A stretch of 64,000 nt of DNA, from IMG/VR virus record IMGVR_UViG_3300031963_008656, positions 1 through 64,000 of that record; one strand, 5' to 3'. The stretch's first letter is position 1. The number at the start of each line of letters is the position of its first letter. Shown here piece by piece: positions 36,972 through 47,489 of this stretch. Position numbers and translations under genes: made by a program. This DNA comes from a virus. A model generated the notes under the pieces. The model did not search any database and was not told where the DNA came from. It saw only the letters and a program-made list of their open reading frames with translations.

Positions 36972-37004
36972 ACACACTATAACACAAGAACAATTTTGAG
37001 TCAA
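36972..37004 (-). promoter_or_regulatory. sigma70 promoter (TTGACT-17-TATAGT)
   Basis: Minus-strand reading: TTGACT, caaaattgttcttgtgt, TATAGT. Confidence 0.5.
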
Positions 37005-37026
37005 TCAAATTGTTAAAATAAAAGTA

Positions 37027-38565
37027 TTATATTTCTGTGCTCAGGTTGTCCAATTTGTCACTGTCCAAATCTACTTCGTCGGGCTCCGACTCACTGTCCT
37101 CATATTCAAACAATGCATTGAATTGAGTAGTAGCATTCACAGTCTTCTTGCCCTTAAAGCCTCGTGTGCCCACAATCTCCATCCAATATGTACTGTATTT
37201 CTCAACAATAGATTCGGCTTGTTCTCTTGTGGGTGCAGTGAAAATATCTTCCACAATGTCTTCAAAGTAAGCATAGTCACCAGTGCTACGACGCATCATG
37301 GCAGGATGTTCTCCTGCATCAAAACGTCTATTGGCTTCTTGTACTGCGGTCAAGTGCATCCAGACATTATGGCCCATGAGTAAAGCATATGAGAAACTGT
37401 CCCACGATGTCTTGCCTTCTTTACCATTTTTATTTAGGTCGCCTGGCTTGTAGATACAGATGTCTTTCATCTTGAGAAGTTTGCTTATGGGGCTATCTTC
37501 CCAACGTGGTACTACTCCATCGGCAACTATACTTGTACCCCAGGCACGTGTGTCAGTGGCGTACTTTTTGTCGTCGGCTGTAGGAGCCATGCGATACGAC
37601 CATTTTGAGTTGTTTTCAAAGACATTTTCAAAGTAGACCTGTCCGTTTGCTGTTGCAAGGAACGGACTGGCGCAGTCAAACGAGATTGTGAAGTTTGGAT
37701 TGACATATTTTCTCACGGCCCTTTGGATTACAGTTAATAAAACAGCCCACTCCAGTTTGGAGGTTCCCAAGAAGTGCATCCAATCATGGACACCTTCTTG
37801 AAGTAAATTGTCATAGCGCAATGCCACAATACGTTTGAGTACCAAGTGAACATCACACATGTTTTGTCCGCCCATGGCCCAGCCATTGAAATGCGTATCT
37901 GGATATTTTTGTGGATCGCAATAATCCTTCATCATCTGATACCATTCTTCTGCATGAGTATGGTTACCACCTTGCAACACATTCAAGAACTTGGTACCAC
38001 CGTTTGCCACACCCTTGCGATGTTTCATGAAGTATTCGTTGTTGTAATGTGTTGCCTTGACTGCCTCATCCAAAGTGCTAATGCCAGACTTCCATCCATT
38101 CTTTTCATTGATAACAAAACTTGGAATATCAAGTGTCATAGCATAGTCTGCTATACCATCTAACCAGGCTAGTGCTTGTTCTCGTTTGGCCTGAGCCTTG
38201 GCACAACCTGAGTTGGCTCGCCAATCACCTTCCCACACACCTTTAGCAATCTGGAAACCACCAGAGTCGCCCAGCATGATTGTGCCAGGCTCTCTGTTCC
38301 GTACCATGTCTTCTGACCAGTCTTGTTTAGCAAGATCGAGATTTGCATGCCCTCCAGAGTATAGGGACCAACGGTAAGGGAAAAGTGCTTTGGTAGAGTT
38401 AAGCCAATTAAGTTGCTCCATGTCACTAAGGCCCTGAGGCAATCTCGCCGGATCCACATATGGTTCATTCCTTTGCTTGCCTATGAACGTGGCATAGAAC
38501 CCGCTGATGGCCGGAAGGAACACAGCGTAGTCCGATTGCTTGGCAGTTAAGTCGTCTTGGGTCAT
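37027..38565 (-). CDS. dpdA: DpdA-like DNA-guanine transglycosylase (TGT family)
   Basis: IMLGDSGGFQIAKG catalytic motif (compare TGT ...DSGGFQ...); 512 aa. Confidence 0.7.
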   Translation of the reverse strand: MTQDDLTAKQSDYAVFLPAISGFYATFIGKQRNEPYVDPARLPQGLSDMEQLNWLNSTKALFPYRWSLYSGGHANLDLAKQDWSEDMVRNREPGTIMLGDSGGFQIAKGVWEGDWRANSGCAKAQAKREQALAWLDGIADYAMTLDIPSFVINEKNGWKSGISTLDEAVKATHYNNEYFMKHRKGVANGGTKFLNVLQGGNHTHAEEWYQMMKDYCDPQKYPDTHFNGWAMGGQNMCDVHLVLKRIVALRYDNLLQEGVHDWMHFLGTSKLEWAVLLTVIQRAVRKYVNPNFTISFDCASPFLATANGQVYFENVFENNSKWSYRMAPTADDKKYATDTRAWGTSIVADGVVPRWEDSPISKLLKMKDICIYKPGDLNKNGKEGKTSWDSFSYALLMGHNVWMHLTAVQEANRRFDAGEHPAMMRRSTGDYAYFEDIVEDIFTAPTREQAESIVEKYSTYWMEIVGTRGFKGKKTVNATTQFNALFEYEDSESEPDEVDLDSDKLDNLSTEI

Positions 38566-39320
38566 GCTTGGTAAAAGTTTACTGTTTCAAATAGTTCACA
38601 GTCCTCTTTATAGAAACTGCGAAGTCTATTTAGATAGTCTGGATTGCTTGAAAGTTTTTCATTGATACGATCTACTATATTTTGTTGTAACTCTGTAGTG
38701 AACAATTCTGTCACTGTGGGGTTGATCTTTTTAGTAATATTAAACACATTGGTAGGATCTTGATCTTCTGTTGTGAGATTAAACGGTGTACCAGTAAACT
38801 GTTCCATCATCTTGCCAAAGTTTTTGGCCAGCTCATCATCACACCGTAACCAAGTGATCTTAGAATGATCGATACCTTTAATAAAATCACATTGTGGTTG
38901 AGTGTGACTGTCGAACATTACAGTATCGAATATCATATCCCAATCAACATTGTTTATATGCAATGGATGTTCTGGATCCCATCCTTGCAGATACTGTGCT
39001 AGTCCAGTCACCCACCGATTGATAGGATCTCTAAGTATCACAGCATACTGGGCATTCTGTAAATGTTCTGACCATGTTGAAACGTTGATATTGTATTGTG
39101 TTGGAATATCTTCGTAAAATTTTTGTGTACGGTAGTTAAACAAATATCCCGGTGTATGATGCTTGGTCCAGCTGCTGGCATTTTTAGGAATGTGAACGTA
39201 AATCAAACATCTTGATGGATTATCTTTGACAATGCAATAGCTTTGTCCATTCCCAGCTTGGTTAGGTCCTGCCGGATCACCATCATCAACAAATTTAGGT
39301 CCTGTTGGTTTTTTAAACAT
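38562..39320 (-). CDS. sulfotransferase-family-like protein
   Basis: YVHIPKNASSW resembles the HIPKtGGT 5'-PSB motif of carbohydrate sulfotransferases. Start moved to Met28. Confidence 0.45.
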   Translation of the reverse strand: MFKKPTGPKFVDDGDPAGPNQAGNGQSYCIVKDNPSRCLIYVHIPKNASSWTKHHTPGYLFNYRTQKFYEDIPTQYNINVSTWSEHLQNAQYAVILRDPINRWVTGLAQYLQGWDPEHPLHINNVDWDMIFDTVMFDSHTQPQCDFIKGIDHSKITWLRCDDELAKNFGKMMEQFTGTPFNLTTEDQDPTNVFNITKKINPTVTELFTTELQQNIVDRINEKLSSNPDYLNRLRSFYKEDCELFETVNFYQA

Positions 39321-39321
39321 A

Positions 39322-40044
39322 TCACTTGCTTTGTGCTGGTAAGATATAATTGTAAACAGCAATGCCACTATCCACCGTGATCTTGGCAGCACCATCATCA
39401 CTGATACGAACGGTCTTGTCCCCAGTCAATGACAGGATACTCATGACTTGTTGAGCAGGCCACGACCAAGCACGTTTCAATTGACCATTTACACCTGGGT
39501 GGAACACAAAGTTACCAGCATGTGTGCTATGATCACCAAAGAAAAACTTCAAGTCTCCGTTTTCAGTCTTGGCCTGGAAATGTGGTTCTTCAGCATTGGC
39601 CTGTGCTTGCATACGCAGGCGTTGGATGGCAGCCACAGTGGGTTCAAATTCAATGTGCCAGTTTACACCTTTGAACTTGGGCGTCTTGAGTTTTTCAGTC
39701 ACAATGGCTTCGGCCATGAAACGATAGTTGTTTTGAAAATCGCCTGCGGCATTTTCAAACTTGATGCCATCTGGCTCGCCGCCTGCTCGGCGACTCAAGC
39801 TGAGTTTGGCGTTTTCTTTGTACTCCTGCAAGTTCAACAGAATTTTGATCTTGGCCAAGTTTGGCATGCCAAATGTGCCCACAAAGTCTGGATGTGGATT
39901 TTTGAATTCACCTTCCACAACCACGCTCATGTCTTCAGCAAGGCCTACAATTTGTGTGGCTTTGTCATCGCCTACAATCTTGATCAAATCAATGCAGCCA
40001 AGATCGTGTGTGTGTTGTACTAAGTCTAATAGATAATCTCTCAT
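39322..40044 (-). CDS. hypothetical protein (length fits a sliding clamp, but unsupported)
   Basis: 240-aa ORF. Confidence 0.5.
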   Translation of the reverse strand: MRDYLLDLVQHTHDLGCIDLIKIVGDDKATQIVGLAEDMSVVVEGEFKNPHPDFVGTFGMPNLAKIKILLNLQEYKENAKLSLSRRAGGEPDGIKFENAAGDFQNNYRFMAEAIVTEKLKTPKFKGVNWHIEFEPTVAAIQRLRMQAQANAEEPHFQAKTENGDLKFFFGDHSTHAGNFVFHPGVNGQLKRAWSWPAQQVMSILSLTGDKTVRISDDGAAKITVDSGIAVYNYILPAQSK

Positions 40045-40077
40045 TTTGTATACTCCTAATGTTTAAGTTTAACAGGT

Positions 40078-41022
40078 TTATTTAGAATTTGCAACTATTC
40101 TGGCTAATGTTTGTCCGCCTCTAAGCGAATCTATTTCTCCAGGTTTTTGGAACTCAAACCATGCAACGTCAGCAGGGCCATTGTGACGATGCATGAGCTC
40201 AAATCCCAATGTTTCAGCATGTTCTTGAATCAACGATCCTGGAGTGTAGCACATGTAACTGCGCTCGGCCAATGCAACTCCGTGAGCACGATCACAGTCG
40301 TTGTAGGTAAAAAACACCACTCCGCCAGGCCGAAGTTTTTTCCACAGCTCATCCAAGTACTGACATATCAATTCCAATGGTTTGTAATTGAAGTAATTGT
40401 AAGCAAAGCAATATCCAAACTGAGCATCTGGCAACAGTGCAAGTATTGGTTTGCCTAGAATCTCTTCAGCTGTGTATAATCTCAGTCTACGTCGATATTC
40501 TTCAGTAAATCCTTGACAGGCAGGTTCTAGCAATTCAAGATTGTTGTCAATCATGTACAACGGGTCCAATGGTACCAATTGCTCCACGTGTTGTTCCAGT
40601 GCTGGTCTGAAAATCAATCCAGGCACACGCCAATCTGTGTAGCGTAAAATTCTACCTTGTAGTAGTTCAGCACTTTCGGGATCGCAACGTAGCCTACGAT
40701 TAAGAATGTGTTCGGTAGTGTCATAACACATTTCATGCTGGAACAATCTCAAACTTTCACGCAAGTATTCTGGATGCTGTGCAGTCATAGCGTCAATCAC
40801 GTGACTGCGTATAGCGTCAATGGTATGATTGAATTGCTGGAAACTTTCATTAATTTTGTTACCATTGGCAATGATGCCTTGTGTAAATTTGTTAAATTGC
40901 ACATTGTGGTTGGCAATTTTGTGTATCACAGCATCAAGTCTGTGACGGGCTTCTTGATGAATTTGACCTAACTCAAATTCATCAATGTGGTTCAAGTAAT
41001 CAACAAGTTCGCTCAGTTTCAT
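40078..41022 (-). CDS. putative SAM-dependent methyltransferase
   Basis: LRPGGVVFFTYND post-motif-II-like segment. Start moved to the Met overlapping the polymerase stop. Confidence 0.4.
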   Translation of the reverse strand: MKLSELVDYLNHIDEFELGQIHQEARHRLDAVIHKIANHNVQFNKFTQGIIANGNKINESFQQFNHTIDAIRSHVIDAMTAQHPEYLRESLRLFQHEMCYDTTEHILNRRLRCDPESAELLQGRILRYTDWRVPGLIFRPALEQHVEQLVPLDPLYMIDNNLELLEPACQGFTEEYRRRLRLYTAEEILGKPILALLPDAQFGYCFAYNYFNYKPLELICQYLDELWKKLRPGGVVFFTYNDCDRAHGVALAERSYMCYTPGSLIQEHAETLGFELMHRHNGPADVAWFEFQKPGEIDSLRGGQTLARIVANSK

Positions 41023-43679
41023 TCGAATGAAAATAGTGATGTAAAAGTATTTTCTGTGTTGGTAGCAGACGCAAGGTCCCATTCCAACACACCCAGCAAG
41101 TTGTCGACCTTTTGATCCACAACAGTTGCTTCCATTAGCCCATCGTCAAACGGCAGTTCAGTAAACCATGCAGGCAATCTTTGCTCATCTGTAGGATAGC
41201 CAATTGATGTCCATCCAAGTGCATTTGATTTGAGTTTGCACACAATGGTTTTCATACCATCCACAACCTGCATTGAGTAGTTGTCTGAATTCATTCTACG
41301 CATTTGATTCCAATTCATTGCGGCACGAACGTGTCCTGGCATGTTTGCTTTGCCCAGGCGTGCTTCCTCTGCCGCATATTTGGTCAAGTTGTTCACACGC
41401 TTAGGCGATCCTTTTTCCCAGCCTGGACGCTCTTTAAACTCATACTTGAATTCTCTAATGCGTTCAATGATCTCATCTCGTTGTGTACCTGCCAGTACTT
41501 TATTTAGAATTTCTAACAGGAAGTCTTGAATTACTTTGGGGGTATCTGAACGCTTGAGATCCAAGCCCATGGCCTTGGTCTTGCCAATCTTGCCGTCTAC
41601 ATCCAGTCGCTTGCCTTCCAAGTCAATGATGTTCACAGCATAACGCTTCTTGGTAATGAACAAACTGCGGTCAGCAACCAGTTCACGACCTGCTTTGATC
41701 AACGCACCCATGTCTCGGGGACAATGGAACGCCTGTTCCATAAACGCTGGAAAGCTCTCATTCACTTGATCAGCAATTGAGTCGTACAGTTGGATGCAGA
41801 TTTCTTTTGACCATTCCATCCGTCCTTCTGCAACTTCTTTTTCCAGTATGGGCCACGCAGAAAAATAGCATGAGTCTGTATCACCATAGATGATGGCCTT
41901 GCCTGTGTGATCATATTCGCCTGTGATGCACTCATTGATGTGAGCATCCATGTGCTTGGCAATACTTCGACCTGCCAGTGTGGTTGACTGCCCAATACGC
42001 TTGTCAAAGAATCTACAGCCTGGATTCAAAATAGCACCATACAAGCTATTCAAGTTAATCTTCTTGACCAATTGACGTTTGTCCCAGAACGCAATCTCTT
42101 TGGGATCCTTGGTCTGCTTCTTCTTGGCTTGCAGTTCTTGTCGTTCACGATACCAGCGTTCCAGCAGGCCAGGGATGATACCTTTCTTCTCGTAAGTGAG
42201 AATGGTACCATTGGCAGTAAGGATCCAAGGTTGATTTGAGTCAAAGATCATGTGCCAGATTTCCATAGCAGAGTGTACTGACTCTTCGCCACCTTCCCAG
42301 TCAATGGTAATTTCTGTACCACGTTGCTGTTCCATCACAGCAGTATACTCTAAACTGGCAAACAAGCCTTCCCATGCAGCCGCAAAACTTTGTCCCTTGG
42401 CCATGTTGGATTTGATCAACTGATCAGTCATGGTTTGCCGCAATTGGCCCACCACAGTTTCTGGACCCATGTTCATGGCACGAATTGCAGATGGATATAG
42501 ACTGTTGATGTCCACTGACCCAATCCACATGTGCAGGCCCTTTTTAGGATATGCCACATAAGCACCTGCGGCCTGGGTGTCATCATCTGTAAGGCGTTGC
42601 TTACGATTGGGCACAACCATTCCACGCTCGTGTGCTTCATTGATAATGGCCTGTTCAGTCACTGCCACAGCACCCATTGTGGTTTGTAGCAACACAGTAT
42701 TGGCGTGTGCCAGTTCATTGGCTAGGTCCAAGAAACGCAATTTCTTGTCTAACTTGGCAATGATCATGGTGTCTTGGCGGTTGTACTCAATAAACTTTTT
42801 GAAGTGCTGGTTGTACAACTGATCCAGTGTGCCTTCAAATTGTGTTTTGCGTTCACCCAGCTCGTACTCGCCGATAGCATCCAAACTATATGAGTGGCGT
42901 TCCTCGTATGTGTACTTGCGATACAACTGCATGTAGTCCATATGCACACGACCGACTAAGTCGTAAGTTTGATTCTCTGCGCCAAAGCGTTCAAACATTC
43001 TTTGCTTGGGAAACTGTCCCCACAAACAAAAGCGTCGTGTGTCATCCTTGCTGAGTATTCTTGTGGTACGATTTACTGTGTAAGGAATGTCGTAACCTTC
43101 TGAGTTCCAACCTGTAAGTACATCCGCACCTTCAATCACATCCAAGAACATTTTGATCATGTCTTCTTCACGCTCAAACAAGATGGTATTTTCAAACTCG
43201 GCCACCAGCTCTTGTGCAGTATCCCAGCTTAGATGTTTAGGCGGCACCGCCAGTGTGATCATCTGATCCAGCCAATCTAAATATACAGATATAGCAGTGA
43301 TAGGATTGAAGGGATCTGCCACAGGCGAGAATCCACGCTCTGCATCAAACGCAACTTCGATGTCAAAAAATGCTGTGTGCAGTTCTGGAGCATCTTGGTC
43401 TTTGTAGTTCTCTTCCAAACATCTAAAGATAGGATTGATGTCTGATTCATACAACTGCTTGCCCGACTGGCTGCGAACTTCCTTGCGAAATTCTTTGTTG
43501 TTGCGCGATGAGAATCTATTTACAGGTGTGCCGTAGATGCTTTGAAACTTGCCTCTAGGATCGTCATAATAGAAAATGTAGTTGGCAGGATATTCCTTGT
43601 AGACTCGTTCGCCATCGCGGCGTTCTACTACATGTATGCGATCGTGTTCACGATCAAAAAGTGCGTCGATATAACTCAT
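41019..43679 (-). CDS. family B DNA polymerase (T4 gp43-like) with 3'-5' exonuclease domain
   Basis: IIYGDTDS motif C, Exo I FDIEV, KINLNSLYG motif A region; 886 aa. Confidence 0.85.
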   Translation of the reverse strand: MSYIDALFDREHDRIHVVERRDGERVYKEYPANYIFYYDDPRGKFQSIYGTPVNRFSSRNNKEFRKEVRSQSGKQLYESDINPIFRCLEENYKDQDAPELHTAFFDIEVAFDAERGFSPVADPFNPITAISVYLDWLDQMITLAVPPKHLSWDTAQELVAEFENTILFEREEDMIKMFLDVIEGADVLTGWNSEGYDIPYTVNRTTRILSKDDTRRFCLWGQFPKQRMFERFGAENQTYDLVGRVHMDYMQLYRKYTYEERHSYSLDAIGEYELGERKTQFEGTLDQLYNQHFKKFIEYNRQDTMIIAKLDKKLRFLDLANELAHANTVLLQTTMGAVAVTEQAIINEAHERGMVVPNRKQRLTDDDTQAAGAYVAYPKKGLHMWIGSVDINSLYPSAIRAMNMGPETVVGQLRQTMTDQLIKSNMAKGQSFAAAWEGLFASLEYTAVMEQQRGTEITIDWEGGEESVHSAMEIWHMIFDSNQPWILTANGTILTYEKKGIIPGLLERWYRERQELQAKKKQTKDPKEIAFWDKRQLVKKINLNSLYGAILNPGCRFFDKRIGQSTTLAGRSIAKHMDAHINECITGEYDHTGKAIIYGDTDSCYFSAWPILEKEVAEGRMEWSKEICIQLYDSIADQVNESFPAFMEQAFHCPRDMGALIKAGRELVADRSLFITKKRYAVNIIDLEGKRLDVDGKIGKTKAMGLDLKRSDTPKVIQDFLLEILNKVLAGTQRDEIIERIREFKYEFKERPGWEKGSPKRVNNLTKYAAEEARLGKANMPGHVRAAMNWNQMRRMNSDNYSMQVVDGMKTIVCKLKSNALGWTSIGYPTDEQRLPAWFTELPFDDGLMEATVVDQKVDNLLGVLEWDLASATNTENTFTSLFSFE

Positions 43680-43775
43680 TGTTCTCCGTTTGTGGCCGGT
43701 AAGCCATGATTCATGCTCGTAACGAGAGCGACTCGCAGATATTTATATTAGACAGTGTGTTGACAGGAAATCTTA

Positions 43776-44840
43776 TCATGCTCGACTCAAGTCGTTTGTG
43801 ATACAGTGTATACCAGCGTCCCAAAAATAACGATGCCTAAACGGCGACACATGAACTTCAATACCGTGTCTAGCACAGGCTTTTTCAACTTGATCATTGT
43901 GGCTGGATACCACAATGTTCTTTTGATCTATCACAAGTATGTTGACATCAAACACAGTTTCACTAGCATTGCCTACCCAAGACTCAAAGTAATGTTCAAC
44001 CATGTGTACAAGATTAGGATCTGATTCAAAGCCCGGAATGTTCCAGCGGCCTCGATTGTGCTTCATGCTGGCTCGAAATTCCGCAGTGTCTGCATAATCA
44101 CTTGGTGGCAAGTACACCACTTCCCATCCAGGAAAAGTGTCTGCGTAAGTTGGCACATCTCGTAGGCTAATGATCAATCCAGGAGTAACTGGGCAATAGG
44201 TAGCATCTCCGTGACCGCCAGCATTCACAATGCGATTGCGTGTGCGCGGGAACAGTTGATTGACTTTGGCCAACAGTTGTGTTTGATCTTCATCATAACT
44301 TTGAGTGGCAAAATACAAGTCTTGACCAATGCGACTCACAAAGCATCCTGACACTACATCAAGATCTGTATGTCGTACTGTGTTGCCTTGTGACAACACA
44401 TGCTCAACGACGTTTTGATAACAACTCAATTTAGCACGATGTTGTGCAAGATCTCTATGTTGAAATTCTGTCCAAGTCAGTTCAGTTTGATTGGCGTATG
44501 CTCTTTGAGCATGTGAGCTGTTTGGCTGTTGCGGAACCCACAGTTCATCATGAATCATGATGAAATAATCTCTTGGAGTTACAGGCGGTGGCACCCAATG
44601 ATCATGAATTTTCAAAGCACTGAGATCCTCAGGCAGTTGAGGCCGCAACACACGGATTCCGAACCGGCTTTGCAATAGTGCAATAAGGGCTTGATAATCT
44701 TGTTCAGTTTCTTCTGCCAACGTTTGGAAACGTTGGCGTGTGTTGCGATCTTGGATCCAATAGTAATAATCCGGCGGGTACGTCATACCGACCACGCATA
44801 CCTGTAATGGATCCCAGTGTTGAAAAACTTGATAGCTCAA
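43776..44840 (-). CDS. hypothetical protein
   Basis: 354-aa ORF. Confidence 0.5.
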   Translation of the reverse strand: MSYQVFQHWDPLQVCVVGMTYPPDYYYWIQDRNTRQRFQTLAEETEQDYQALIALLQSRFGIRVLRPQLPEDLSALKIHDHWVPPPVTPRDYFIMIHDELWVPQQPNSSHAQRAYANQTELTWTEFQHRDLAQHRAKLSCYQNVVEHVLSQGNTVRHTDLDVVSGCFVSRIGQDLYFATQSYDEDQTQLLAKVNQLFPRTRNRIVNAGGHGDATYCPVTPGLIISLRDVPTYADTFPGWEVVYLPPSDYADTAEFRASMKHNRGRWNIPGFESDPNLVHMVEHYFESWVGNASETVFDVNILVIDQKNIVVSSHNDQVEKACARHGIEVHVSPFRHRYFWDAGIHCITNDLSRA

Positions 44841-45097
44841 AGAGTTTTACCAACTGTTTCTAAAATAGTTTCCAGGGTTTCGTGATCCTGTTTGGCTTTG
44901 CCAAATTCAGCTTTGTGTGCCAGCTTGATTGCTTTTTTAAGTACAGCAGGCTTGATTTCCAGTTCTTCAGCCACAGCCTTGATGGTGTCAGTAAGTCCGC
45001 CGTTGAGAGTTTCAATTTCGTGCATGACTTGCATGCCTTCGTTGATGATCTGAGTGAGTTTGAGTTTTTGCTCGCCGTTAAATGTTTTGCCGCTCAT
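44837..45097 (-). CDS. hypothetical protein
   Basis: 86-aa ORF with AGGAGG Shine-Dalgarno and a consensus promoter upstream. Confidence 0.45.
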   Translation of the reverse strand: MSGKTFNGEQKLKLTQIINEGMQVMHEIETLNGGLTDTIKAVAEELEIKPAVLKKAIKLAHKAEFGKAKQDHETLETILETVGKTL

Positions 45098-45111
45098 AGA
45101 GCCTCCTAAAA

Positions 45112-45144
45112 CAATAGTATATAGATTTATTTAAAGAAAGTCAA
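45112..45144 (-). promoter_or_regulatory. sigma70 promoter (TTGACT-17-TATACT)
   Basis: Minus-strand reading: TTGACT, ttctttaaataaatcta, TATACT. Confidence 0.5.
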
Positions 45145-45149
45145 TGTAT

Positions 45150-45230
45150 GGTTGCTCGTTTTGGATCATTGGGTAGCGAATCCAATGACCCGGGCAGAAG
45201 CCGCCCACTCGGTCCTAAGGCCAGAGTTCT
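45150..45230 (-). other. GC-rich hairpin cluster 3' of the 514-aa gene (putative terminator or processing site)
   Basis: Contains tcattgg-gtagcgaat-ccaatga and gggcgg-cttc-tgccc stems. Confidence 0.3.
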
Positions 45231-46774
45231 TATGTACGACGGATTTGTTTGATTAGGTGGCGGCTTGGATCAAAGTTTTTGCTCCAAGTCAAAGTTTCTG
45301 CAACAATCTTCTCTCTTAGTTTTTTCTTTTTAGTCTTTGTGGGCAGAGTTTTTGTTTGCTTTGTAGGCAGTTTGACCTTGCGACCTGTGTATCCAGGAAC
45401 CTTGCCGGCTGCTCCTGAGCCAGAGGCGTCTGCTGGAGCAGGTGCGGGTGGTCTACTAGCTCTTTTTGCTATCTCAGCATCAAGAACTGCTTTCATTTTT
45501 GGATGTAAATCTGTTCTTGCGGCAAATCTGGATAATACTTCATCAGGTCCTTTCTGAACATCTCTAACTAAATTAGCTATTTGAACATCACTTGGTTCAT
45601 GTGCTGTCGCTCCTGGTGCTGGCGCTGGTGCTGGAGCAGGCTCTGCTGCTGTGACTCCCAGTTGATTTACAAAACTCAACAATGCTTTGGCATCTTCTAC
45701 TGACAGATTGGCCAATTCAACTTGTATATCGTCCCAGCTCAATTCGCCTTGCCCTACATACTTGGTACCAGCTTGTTTGCCTTTAGCGTATGCTTGTGAC
45801 ATTCCAGTGAATGCACCTCTTGTGGCACCAGCAGCAGTTGAAAGCGCACGTGGTGTTGCAGCAATTGCTGAACCTGTGGTTTTTAGAGCTTGTTTGCCCA
45901 TGTCGTATGCTTGGCTCATTCTGCTTTTGTTTGGTACCACAGGTGCGACTGTAGGAGGCAAACGTTCTTCCAATGCACCAGCGGCCTTTTTAGACAATAT
46001 CTGTTTGACTATTTCCAACTGCTTGGCGTCAAGAGCTTGAATGGATTGCACTAGAGGTTTGTTTTGCATCACTTGTGATGCGGCAATTTTGGCATACAAC
46101 GGATCGCTTGGAGAAATCTTTTGTCCACCAATGCTGACTGTTTCAGGCTTGCCACCAGTTGGGGTTCCTGCAATTGCTGATCCCAATGCACCGGTTGCGG
46201 GTTCTGCAGTAGGTTCTGTGCCAGCATCACCAGCAGGTGTTGATGACAGTGCTTCAAGTTCTTTGTTTAGCGCATTGCGTCTTGTTTTGTAGGCTGCATC
46301 TAAATTGCGCAGTTCTGTTTTGACTGTGTCAGCATCTCGTGTGGCTGCTGCGCCACCGCCACCGCCAGAAGCAGCAGGTGCAGGTGTTGCTGTTGCACTA
46401 CCACCTGACGGCCCAGAAAAATCACTAGGCACATAGGGCTTGCCGGTACGAGGATTAATCGTATTAGATCCAATTGGCATTTCTGCTTTACCGCCGGCCT
46501 TGGCGCCAGATGTGTCACCATAGGCTGCGCCGGGCACTGTGCTGCCAGCATCATCTTCGCCACCAATGCCTTTTACTGATCCACGATAACCTTTTTTAAT
46601 TGCTCGACCCAGGCCTTGCGGAATACCTGCCACAGCGCCTGCTGTTTTACCAATGCCGCCGACAAGGCCGCCAATGCCTCGACCAACCTGGTCCAGGCTA
46701 ATTTCGTCAAGCTGTTGCTCGTTGATTGTGGTAGTTGGTTTGATTAGATCAGTGTATATCATTTTAGCGTTCAT
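45230..46774 (-). CDS. Ala/Gly/Pro-rich protein (possible structural or scaffold-like component)
   Basis: 514 aa. PAPAPAPAP and GGGGAA tracts. Conserved-looking N-terminal 100 aa. Confidence 0.5.
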   Translation of the reverse strand: MNAKMIYTDLIKPTTTINEQQLDEISLDQVGRGIGGLVGGIGKTAGAVAGIPQGLGRAIKKGYRGSVKGIGGEDDAGSTVPGAAYGDTSGAKAGGKAEMPIGSNTINPRTGKPYVPSDFSGPSGGSATATPAPAASGGGGGAAATRDADTVKTELRNLDAAYKTRRNALNKELEALSSTPAGDAGTEPTAEPATGALGSAIAGTPTGGKPETVSIGGQKISPSDPLYAKIAASQVMQNKPLVQSIQALDAKQLEIVKQILSKKAAGALEERLPPTVAPVVPNKSRMSQAYDMGKQALKTTGSAIAATPRALSTAAGATRGAFTGMSQAYAKGKQAGTKYVGQGELSWDDIQVELANLSVEDAKALLSFVNQLGVTAAEPAPAPAPAPGATAHEPSDVQIANLVRDVQKGPDEVLSRFAARTDLHPKMKAVLDAEIAKRASRPPAPAPADASGSGAAGKVPGYTGRKVKLPTKQTKTLPTKTKKKKLREKIVAETLTWSKNFDPSRHLIKQIRRT

Positions 46775-47489
46775 CCAAATAATCTTGTTGGCTTGTTTGT
46801 TGAGCCTGTTGTTTCATTGCTCTGCGTTTTTGAAACAACTTTACTGCCATGTCAGCATGGTCTAGGTTTTTAAATTTGCTGGGCATGGATCTATTACCTT
46901 GCCGCAGTTCAAATCCATCCTTTTCGTTGCCATAACATTCAAAGGTAACACCATATTCCATGGCGTAACTTTTTACCGGAGCAGATGATGTTTCTGACAT
47001 GTCATTGATAGGCTGTTGTGGGTTGCCTAGCTGAGTGTCTACTTTGTCCTCGATGCCATGCACTGTGCTGGGATCTGTCAACTCGTAGTCATCTTCTTCA
47101 ATTTCTTCTTCGGCTTGACCTTTTTCCACAGCGTCAACTGCTTTGTCTTTGAGTTCACGATCAACTCGAACTTTTTGTTCCAACTGATCAAGATATTGTG
47201 TAAGGTCCTTCTTGACCTTGCTCAACATATCTTCTTCAACTTCTTGCATGGCTTCTTCTAGTGCGGATTTTCTGGGCTCTACAGAATCACCCACCATGTA
47301 TCCATCCATTGGATGTGCTGGATCTTTTTTGGCACGCAACGCAGGACTGGCTGATTTAGGCTTGAACAGCGCAGGCAACTGTGGCACACCTTTTTGTTGT
47401 GTGTTAAGCCCATGCTTGACGCCTACTGGCGTAAGTTTACCTTCTACCGCCGCAAGGCGTTCCAGTATTGATCTAATGTCCGAACTCAT
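46764..47489 (-). CDS. acidic coiled-coil protein (scaffold-like)
   Basis: EE/KD-rich heptad-like central region. Confidence 0.5.
   Translation of the reverse strand: MSSDIRSILERLAAVEGKLTPVGVKHGLNTQQKGVPQLPALFKPKSASPALRAKKDPAHPMDGYMVGDSVEPRKSALEEAMQEVEEDMLSKVKKDLTQYLDQLEQKVRVDRELKDKAVDAVEKGQAEEEIEEDDYELTDPSTVHGIEDKVDTQLGNPQQPINDMSETSSAPVKSYAMEYGVTFECYGNEKDGFELRQGNRSMPSKFKNLDHADMAVKLFQKRRAMKQQAQQTSQQDYLDER

Noticed and set aside
45230-46774. Tape-measure or major structural assignment for the 514-aa Ala/Gly/Pro-rich protein
   Set aside because: Only compositional features (PAPAPAP, GGGGAA tracts) are visible. No Lys/Trp periodicity, terminase, portal or capsid genes in the window support a specific structural role.
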